A stretch of 64,000 bases of DNA from Lama guanicoe. Lineage: Eukaryota. The position numbers and the translations under genes were made by a program. Where the stretch lies: positions 8,885,231-8,949,230 of the forward strand of contig MU054187.1 in the NCBI GenBank assembly GCA_013239625.1, read 5' to 3'. This document shows positions 55,181 through 64,000 of the stretch, in pieces. Under the pieces are notes generated by a model. That model was given only the letters and a program-made list of their open reading frames with translations. It did not search any database and was not told where the DNA came from. Positions within the stretch are counted from its first letter, which is position 1, and every line of letters begins with the position of its first letter.

Positions 55181-56394
55181 ACGGAAGTTTTTCATTTCTC
55201 TACCTGCTAGTATGTTAAAGTACACTTGTTTCTAACAATAATAACAAATCTCTCTAAAAACTTAGGATGCAGGAGTTTCACATAAAGACCCAGCAACAGT
55301 GTTGCTTTTATTCGTTTCTCTCACAACTGCTCTCTGAGCTGGATTAGTGGTGTGACCTCATTTTACTAACAGGAAAGCTGACAGAGAGAAACAGGAGGAA
55401 AGCTGCCTGTTCACTCTACAAAGCCCACTGCAGAGTGAGAATTCACTCTAACTGCTGCCTGTGCACCTGAGTGCCTGGGCCATGAGGGTCTCCTGTTTCT
55501 ACCCCATCATTCATAAAGCAACCAAGAGGATGCATGCTGGGTTCTCTTGGTCCTGCACTAAGGAAACACCGAAAAGTGATCTTTGTCTCATATTATAAGA
55601 CATATAGGAGGAGAAACCCTGAGTGACCCAATCAGGGAGTATGAAAGCCCCTTCTCATCAGGAAAGGAGGCAGCTCATAGTTTGCGTCCTTGTACAACAA
55701 AAGCAAAAAATACAAGCCCTGTTCTTTTTCCTCTCTTTGGCAGTCATGCTGACAAAAGAACAGACATTCTAAATTGTGAGCCTGAATTGGAGGTGAAGAG
55801 AAAGAACAGTTGCACACCTTAAAATATTATGCTCGTTTATGAAAATGATTCTACAGGAAATTTATAATGAAAAAGCATACTGGGAAGTTGGCAAGTCGAG
55901 AGGTCTTTGTACCCGGACACATGTGAATAATTTCAGAAGCAGAAGGAAGACGATTAAATACTACCTTTCCTAATTGAACATAATACTGCTGATTTTTGTG
56001 ATTTTTGTGATTTTGTGACATGATTTTTACTTGTACGTGACTGAAAGAAGAAAAATTTTATATGACAAATTCACTGATTCTTCAAATTAATACTCTGAGA
56101 TTTGTGGGACTGTGTGCAGACCTTTCTGGCTTCGCAGCCTGGCCTTGCTGCCGACTCGCCTCGTTTGCTGGCTGCCCCGATCGCTCGGAATCCGGGCTGC
56201 TGTTGCACTGCAGTTCCCACGCAGCCGGCGGGCCTGACACCGTGCTCCAACAGCTGTCCGTGTGGCCCCAAAGCCCTGGAGTCAAACTTGCGTAGTTGCA
56301 CAAGTTGTTTATATGTTGACTCTAACAACTACATTTGAGAAACAATGACTCAGAAAGAGGAACCTTCCAAAAAGCCACTGGATTTTCTGCCAGC

Positions 56395-57063
56395 TTTTTT
56401 TTTTTAAGTTCAAAAACAGCTTTATTAATGCACGCTTCTTTCTTCTTTTTTTTTTCAGATAGCAGTATTTTTTTTTCTTTTTTATTGAAGTCTAGTCAGT
56501 ATATGGCTTAGTGATTCAGTTATACATTTATTCCTTTTCATATTTGTTTTCATTATAGGCTATTACAGGGTACTGAATACAGTTCCCTGTGCTCAACAGT
56601 AGGACCTTGCTGTTTATCTATTTTATATATAGTAGTTAGTATCTGCAAATCCCAAACTCCCAATTTATCCCTCCACTCCCTCATTCCACCCTGGTAACCA
56701 CAAGTTTCTTTTCTATGTCTGTGAATCTGCTTCTGTTTTATAAATAAGTTCATTTGTCTCATTTTTTTAGATTCCAGATATAAGTGATATCATATGGTAT
56801 TTTTCTTTCTTTTTCTGGCTTACTTCACTAAGTATGATAATCTCTAGGTCCATCCATGTTGCTGCAAATGACATTATTTTATTATTTTTTATGGCTGAAT
56901 AGTATCCCATTGTATAAATATACCACCACTTCTTTATCCAGTCACCTGTTGATGGACATTTAAGTTGCTTCCATGTCTTGGCTATTGTAAATAGTGCTGC
57001 TATGATGGTTAGGGTGCCTGTATTTTTTCGAATTAGCGTTTCCTCCAGATATATGCTCAGGAG
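56395..57063 (-). mobile_element. Lineage-age L1 3' end (about 56470-57063) with a probable short 3' transduction (about 56395-56470)
   Basis: Reverse L1 3' UTR of the same family as 6118-6645. An extra segment beyond the L1 tail has its own AATAAA and poly(A). Degenerate outer TSD. Confidence 0.85.
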
Positions 57064-58144
57064 TCTACCAACATTTTTAACACAGAGAAAGGTTTTAATT
57101 AATATACAGCTAACTCGATCTCCTGCCCTAATGTATTTTGTAAGTGTGATTTTACTTTGCTCCTAAAACTAAGCTTGTAATATCTCTATCAAAGTTCTTA
57201 TTTTTCCTCCTTCCCGGTGACATTCACCCCTGCTAGGACTTAAACTTCTTTTCCTCGATACACATTTTGTCTCTGTACTAACCTCTTGTACTATGTCAGC
57301 ATCTTCATCTTTAGCTACATCCTGAGAAGACAAAAGTAGGGTACCCGGGAGTTAGAAAGATCACAGCTTGCAGTGGGGAGGAAATGGTCAAGGGGACAGT
57401 CATATTTGTCACATATGAGCTGAGGGACTTTGGACAAGTTCCCTCACAGTCACCCCTACGCCATAGATTTTGCAGCAGGATTAAGTGAGACACTGCCTGT
57501 AAGACTCACAGCACTACGCGAACAGCCAGTGTGGAATTGGGTTCTGATTTCAGTGAATCCACTTAACTTCTGTGCCTCAGCGTTTTCGTCTCTTAAGTGG
57601 TAGTGACGATATGTGGAGTAGCTCTGAAATGGAAGTAAGACAAAGCGTGCAGAGTGTGTGGGAAGCGCGAGCACTCAGAGAACGTCAGCCCCACACCTGG
57701 GATCAGTGCAGAGATGGCCATGGGGAGAAGTTTTCTGGGCTGGAAAACACTGTGAGTTTGTTTTTAGTGTGAATCGAAGCATCATACGTCTTTTTATGAT
57801 AATGGCAGAGATCCCCACTCATCGACTGGTTCCTTTTAAACAAGGCAGAAACCATCACCGCCTGAAGGTGTTTAGATTGGTGTTTGCTCAATCTGTGCAC
57901 CCTGGGGCACGTTCATGCAGGGCGTACTGGTGTCAAAGGGGAGGCAGTTCAGAGGTCAAACATGTTTTGAAAACACGAGTTAAGCAGGGTTAAACAAATC
58001 CCTTGAACCTAGAATATTTTAGAATTTTTAACGTGCAAATGTCCATCACGAACCTCTAAAAAGGTAATATACTGTAGATTGTTCTCCAAAGTCCATGAAC
58101 CCGCTGTTGACATGCCCCTAGGGGGCACGTCTTAAGAACACGTT

Positions 58145-58278
58145 GAGAGAGGGAGGTGTAGCTCAGCGGTAGAGCGCATGCCTAGCATGCGTGAGGTCCT
58201 GGGTTCAGTCCCCAGGACTGCCATCAATCAATCAATCAACAAACAAGCGAACCTAATTACCACCCCCTCCCCCCAAAA
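58145..58278 (+). mobile_element. Camelid tRNA-derived SINE (vic-1 type) with TSD, inserted in a MER103-like hAT remnant
   Basis: TAGCTCAGCGGTAGAGCGCATGCCTAGCATGCGTGAGGTCCTGGGTTCAGTCCCC. TSD AAGAACACGTT at 58134-58144 and 58279-58289. Confidence 0.92.
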
Positions 58279-58307
58279 AAGAACACGTTAATAAACGCTG
58301 CACTCAG

Positions 58308-58745
58308 TATGATTACTAGCAGACCACGTCGTCAGTTGAGGACCCAGATTTATTCTCTATCAGTCCTGGAGGTGCAGAGTCTAAAATCAAGATGTAGACA
58401 GGGCCCCATTCCTCCTGGGGGCTTTAGGGGGAAATTTATTTCCTCAACATTTTTAGCTTCTAGAAACTCCTACAGTCCATGGTTCTGGCCCCTTATTCAT
58501 GTCACTGCATCTTCTTCCAGTCATCACGTCTCCTTCTACTGACTCTGGTCCTGCCTCCCTCTTACAGAGACCCTTGAGACTACCTGGACCCACCTGGATA
58601 ATCCAGGATAATCTCCCCATCTCAAATATCTTAAGTTAATCACATCTGTAAAGTCCCTTTTACGACATAAAATGATATACTGACAAGTTCCAAGGATTAG
58701 GACTTGATGTCTTTGGAGCAACTACGATTTAGCCTGCCCACCACA
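58308..58745 (-). mobile_element. MLT1C/D-like MaLR LTR
   Basis: GGACCCACCTGGATAATCCAGGATAATCTCCCCATCTCAAATATCTTAAGTTAATCACATCTGTAAAGTCCCTTT. Confidence 0.85.
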
Positions 58746-59025
58746 TCAGTGATTTCTCAATTCATCTCAAACGTGTGTGGGTATATTCACTGTCTAAAAT
58801 GTACAGGGTGTACATTGGTGCTATCAGGGATCATAAGGATAATAAAACCAAGTCCCCAGTCTTAAGGAATTTATGATCTAACAGGGCAAATGAAATAAAT
58901 CCATAAATGATTTCGAGTTCAGAGATTCATATCAACAAGCAAAGGGGACAGAACAACATGGTCTCTCAGAGCCAAGCACAGGAAATTAAGTAGGACGCTA
59001 AATTCAGAAAGTGCCAAAAGTTAAG

Positions 59026-59039
59026 GTTGTCATGGTAAC
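59026..59039. promoter_or_regulatory. RFX X-box motif
   Basis: GTTGTCATGGTAAC, a near-palindromic match to GTTRCCATGGYAAC, outside obvious repeats. Confidence 0.4.
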
Positions 59040-61339
59040 GTGAACTCGGCAACACAGCAAAACCTGTTCCTCAAAAGTATACACTTAACAGCTTTGCACA
59101 ATTATGATCTGCTGAAGGAGCAGCTTTCCTTCAGTGGTCCAGAACCCTTTACAGCTATGGATGAGCTCTTGTTGTGTGGCTGGAAGACAAGAAATGACTT
59201 GCCTCACCAAATTCAATTTCACAACTATTTAATGTCATCTGTGTGTAAGATGAGTAAGACCTGGAGTTAAGTGCTGAGGGGATACAAATATTAAATACAT
59301 AACTCCTGACCCCAAGAAACTTTTCATCCAGGGCTAAGTGGGCAAGTGGTGGTGGAGAAAGTCCACTGAACAGAAGGAAGGCTAAGGAGGGCAAAGATGC
59401 GAGAGGCTCACACTCCTGGGGATGAGGAGAGGTCTTCTGGGTCAGGTGATACTTGAAATCGATGGGAAATTTGCAAGAAGGTGCTAAGCTGGGAGCACCC
59501 CCCGATGGAAAGCTCAGAGCAGGAAAGAGCAGAGGATGTAGGGTACAGTAACAGTCTGGCCAAAAGAAAGATGACATGAAAGGGTCTTACAAAGCCAGGG
59601 CCCAGAATGATAGGCAACAATGTAATTAGCAGCTATCAGTGTCTTCAATAAAGATAGGACACAAATTTAAAAGGTCAAAGGATTCTTTCCAATCTCTACC
59701 TTACCTGATTCCCACACTATAAAAACTTTCTTTCCAAAAAGCCCTTTATCTGACTTTCTGAACTTTTTACTGTTCGCAGTGTGTCGTGGCCACATGCCTT
59801 GGCACCCTTGTTCTCTGCACCTGAAATGTGAGGCAGAAATTATATCAGTTTTCTAGATGAGGAGGGTGAGAATCAAGAGATCAATTCCCCAAGGGTACAC
59901 AAGGAAGGAAGTGGTGAAATGGGGGGGTTGACATGTTGTCTGTCCGACTACAAACCCCAAGTAATTTCTCACTTTGATAACTGAGTGCACGGTGCTGTAT
60001 TACAATTACTTGTTTGATGTCTCTCTCTCCCCCGTTAAACTGTATCTCATGGATAAGGTTCAGACCTTGCTCAATTTTGTTATGTCCAGGACCCAGTTCA
60101 ATGACTGACACACAGCAAATCCTAAGTAAGTTTTGCTAAGTGAGTGAATACATGAATTTACGCAAGCAGTTACTGAAGGCAAGGTGCTCTTTTCCATAGG
60201 GCAGTGATGCCAATTGTGTACGCTCTTACAGCAAACTCTGAGGGCTTTATCCATCAACTGGTTATTAATAATAATGAAAAATAGATATGAGATTCCTGGA
60301 TGTTCCTTCCCTCATCTTGATTTACGCTTTCATCTTTACCTTCTGTTCTGCCCAAAACTTGTTCCCAAGAGTCTTATCATGCTGGCATCCTTGGAGGATA
60401 AGATCACATTTCTAACATCCGTATCAACTGGTTTTTATCTCCCATGGTCCAGAGACCCCACCTAAAGCTTCTATGTAATTTGTGAGTATCCTGGGTACCA
60501 CTGACTTCTCAAAGCCCTGTTTGAACAGGAGAGGTTTGGAGTTCTCTCTCTCCTCTTCTGGAAGCTTTTTATCATCTAAGGTCACCACGATGACCCTTTA
60601 CCTTCTCTAACTACAATAAGAGAAGACCATTTGCACCTTACCTATTACTTCACGTAACCTTGGAAAACCCCCAGCCTCCTCTGCCCCTGTGTTTTCATCC
60701 TCTGAGGTTATGAACTCCGCCTCATGCTCTTTCTACAAGATCTGTTAGATTAGATATTTCTCAAGAGACACATCATTTACTCTTTGTACACGACCCTTCC
60801 CTGGTTCTAGTTTCCAAGTACTGGAAAGACTGCTAGCATCTCTTCAAAACCGCAAACTAGAAACTTTGAAGTAGTACTGAATTTGTCTTCTGTTCCATAC
60901 TCTGAACACTAAATCGGTTGCCAGATTCTGCAGTGTTTTTTACACCAATTTTCCCCCTTACTTTCCTTTCCCTTCTGATCCCTGGCTCATCACAGGTTTG
61001 TTGAGTTGACTAAACTTTTCCAACACTCTGTGCCTTTACTGCAGGCATATTACTGTTGACAAGGGATTTGCTGCACGTTCTGCTTCAAATGGGGCCATTT
61101 CACCCTTTAAAACACAATGGAATCCCCCTAGCCTTTGGGTCACGTCAGAAGTCTTCACTGTGCACGTCATCAAGATGCTCTGAATTACCTGACTTCTTCC
61201 CTTCCTTCCATGTTCCAAAGTTTCCCCCTCTTGTCAGGTTTGTCTCCTTACCGATCTCACCCCACTCTGCACTTTAAGTTTCTTCTCCTGCTTCTCTGTT
61301 CATTTTAGTCATTTCAGAAAGTCTCCCTCCCTCACAGCC

Positions 61340-62030
61340 TCACCAGGTAGATCCCACACTTTCGGGAAATCCGGTCGGCAGCGCCCTCAGAATGTGTTCC
61401 GAACCTCCACATCTACTGCTGCGACCTGGGGCGGGTACCGCCACCTCCTCTGGAAAGGACAGCAGCCACCCCCACACGTCTCCCTGCACCCCCCAAACTC
61501 CACCTCAGCACCGCAGCCCCACGGATCCTTTCAAAAATCAAATCAAATCACTTTCCTCCTCCGCTTGCAGCCCAGATGGCTCCCCAAGTCTCTCCAGGGC
61601 CTACAAGGGCCCACGCAGTGCGGCCTCGTCCCTCTGACCTCCCATCCCAGCCGCCCCCTTGCTCAGTGCACGCCTGCAAGGCAGGTCTCAGAGTCTAGGC
61701 ATTTGCTCTCCCTCCTCCTCCGGGTGCTCTCACCCCATTTATCCACCCCTTCAAGTCAGTGTTCAAATGTCATCTCATTCACCCCACCGGTCCCTGCTCC
61801 GCTCACCACCTTGGCGCTGATCAGCATCAAATGCACTGAGATCAGTCTCTTTGCTTATTACCTGTCTCACTTCTTTCCCAACAGGCTTTAATCTAAAGCC
61901 CCCAAATCAACCCACTGAAAATTACCCTGAGGACAAGACCATTGTCTTTTTTTATTTCCCCGCAAAACAGTGACAACAGTGCCTGGCACATGGCAGGTAC
62001 TCAGCGCAAACTTGTTGAATGAATAAAATC
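61340..62030 (+). mobile_element. L2 fragment, locally GC-enriched
   Basis: GGATCCTTTCAAAAATCAAATCA.ATCAC...; ends CAGTGCCTGGCACATGGCAGGTACTCAG...TTGTTGAATGAATAA. Confidence 0.8.
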
Positions 62031-62659
62031 AAAGCCCTAATGTGCTGCAAGCCTTATGTTTTGCCCTTGTTACTGTTAAAACTTCATAGAGACACAGGAC
62101 ATAGGAAGCACAGGCTGAAAAGTGCACAAGCGCACATTCAGGTGTTTCACCTGTTCATAGGTTTTATTCGTCAGCAGCAGAGCCATGCGGCTTTGTAAAG
62201 CCACAAACAGCAATGAGGTCGGAAACTAAAAAGGGTCACTGAGACACCGGACACATAGGCAGGAGCCCAGACAACGACACTAGACATGGTCCAAAAGTGG
62301 GACAAGAAGAGAAGTTATTGTCTAAGAAGATGTCTGCCTAAAGTGCTAAGAAAAAGTCGTTTCTAGTGATCTTACCTGCAAATCTTGGGACCTAGTAAAG
62401 TGTCAGGATTCTTCCCCCCAGTTCCTGCAGTGACAGAGATCAGAACGGCGCTCACTCCTGTTTCTATAGCCCATTAGATACACGATTCAGTAAATAATAA
62501 AATAATCATGGGGCTTGAAAAAGAGTTCTGAATTTGAGATGTGACACCTTGTTGTCTTAGATTGTCATTTCCACCATTTGTGTAAAACGTTTATCAGCCG
62601 TCACATGGAATAAATGGGTCTGAATCCCTTGGCTGAGAAGCGCTATTCTAAAACAATTC

Positions 62660-63130
62660 CTTGCCAGCATTAGCCCCTCCACGGGAAGTGGCAAAGACGC
62701 CGAGATGCTGGTGGGTGAGGGGAGCCGCCATACGGCGACCACTGCGACCGGAGGCCGAGCGGACAGATGGGCTCCGATGTGCCCTGAAGGCACACAGACC
62801 CCGCTCCGCGGGAGGGAGTGCGTCCCAGGGCCCCGCTCGCCTCCTTGAGGACGCCCTGCCCCTGGGTTCCCAGACTTCAAACCTTCAGCTCCTTAATCTC
62901 AGGGCCCTGGAGGAGTCGCGTAGGAGGGTCCCTGGGGGGGGGGGGACACTCCAGTCCTGCCTGGCTGCCCACACAGCAGCCAGCCCCGGACCGGCTCGGC
63001 CAGGTAGGCGGGAGCCCCCGCACAGGTGTGGGGACGCTGCAGGGGAGGGGCGGGCGCTTACAGCCACCGCTGCTATTGAATGCCTTCTAGAACTGGAGAA
63101 AGCGCGTTTTCTGTCCTTGGCTGCCACTGT
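62660..63130. promoter_or_regulatory. GC/CpG-rich patch (weak CpG island or enhancer candidate)
   Basis: About 30 CpG in about 470 bp by hand count. GGGGCGGG box near 63047 and a long G-run near 62935. Confidence 0.45.
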
Positions 63131-63319
63131 ACAAGAACAGGCGTCTCCCTAATACTTTTAAAAAGGAAGGGAGAGTTTATGGACATGTTCTTAAGTTTAA
63201 CCTACAAGCGTCGTCCACTCTGGCCACAATGTAATTGTAGGATTTTGTTACTAATTTTAATGGTGGTGGTCCAGTTTTGAAAGTGTTCTTCGGTCAAAAG
63301 TTTAGATTTTAAGTACACA

Positions 63320-63690
63320 AAAATAAGCAGGCAAAATTGTTCAGTGCAGCACTGATATTACAGCAGCAAAAAACACGAAAAACAACACCCATCCATAGAG
63401 GTGGTTTAAGAAATTATGTTGCAAACATACAATGGAATAATATATAGCTTGCAAAAACTAAGCATGGAAAGATATCCATGGTAGAGTCAATACAAAACTT
63501 AAGTTACAGAGCAGCATGAGTGTTATATGATCTTATTTCATTTAAAATGTAAAGGTTTTCTAGAGAAATACCTAGGAGGAGATGAACAGACTGCCTCAAA
63601 GGATTATGGAAGACTTCCTTTTCTATTTCATACATTCCTGTATGACTTAAAAGTTTGCAACAAACATCTATTATATCTATAAACAAAAAC
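63320..63690 (+). mobile_element. Old L1 (L1ME-like) 3' remnant
   Basis: TGTTCAGTGCAGCACTG...CATACAATGGAATAATATATAGC...CATGGAAAGATATCCATG. Confidence 0.6.
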
Positions 63691-64000
63691 ACATTCAGGT
63701 GTGTGTGTGTAATTAAGTTTGCTGAGCTTTGAACATAATGAAATTAAAATAAATGGTACAGAGTAATGATGATTCATTTGCCATTAATTATATCTGTAGA
63801 ATAGACTTAGGCCTTTTATCACTTCAAAAGACATACATGACCCTAAAACAAGAAAACTGAGGTCTTTCACAGGAAAAAACAACTTCTTTTCTTCTGGCTC
63901 AAAAGCACCTGCAACCATCTATTAACTCCAATTACCCACTCAAACAAATAAGAGAAAATGAAGCCACAAACGTAAGGATAATATAAATTTAGGTGAAAAC

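Noticed and set aside
55881..56040. Strong minus-strand acceptor at 56041 followed by MSQNHKNHKNQQYY
   Set aside because: Only weak donors follow (GTAAAA, GTAGTA, GTATGC), and the peptide repeat comes from a 9-bp tandem repeat.
61392..63152. ORFs of 165 and 163 aa
   Set aside because: The first is L2-derived and the second comes from a GC-rich patch. Both are low-complexity Pro/Arg/Ala/Ser-rich translations with no recognisable homology.

Overview
Mammalian genomic DNA, very probably camelid (alpaca/llama/camel), judged from three copies of a tRNA-derived SINE of the camelid vic-1 type. The window is mostly non-coding and rich in repeats: old and lineage-age L1, L2, MIR, MaLR/ERV LTRs, and hAT and Tigger DNA-transposon fossils. 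I could not identify any known protein-coding gene, and the long ORFs are repeat-derived or spurious. L1 orientation bias and several strong minus-strand splice donors suggest intronic sequence of a minus-strand transcription unit. That unit may carry short exons, the best being an 18-nt microexon at 32850-32867. The most notable observations are a CpG island made wholly of transposon sequence with apparent AT-to-GC drift (about 51.3-52.0 kb), a tail-less internally primed L1 ORF2 insertion with a perfect 14-bp TSD, a probable L1 3' transduction, a fossil hAT-Charlie transposase, and a speculative frame-compatible chain of minus-strand small exons. Repeat family names are by-eye matches to remembered consensus sequences, and boundaries are approximate unless a TSD is given. 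No clearly new biological system is demonstrated.
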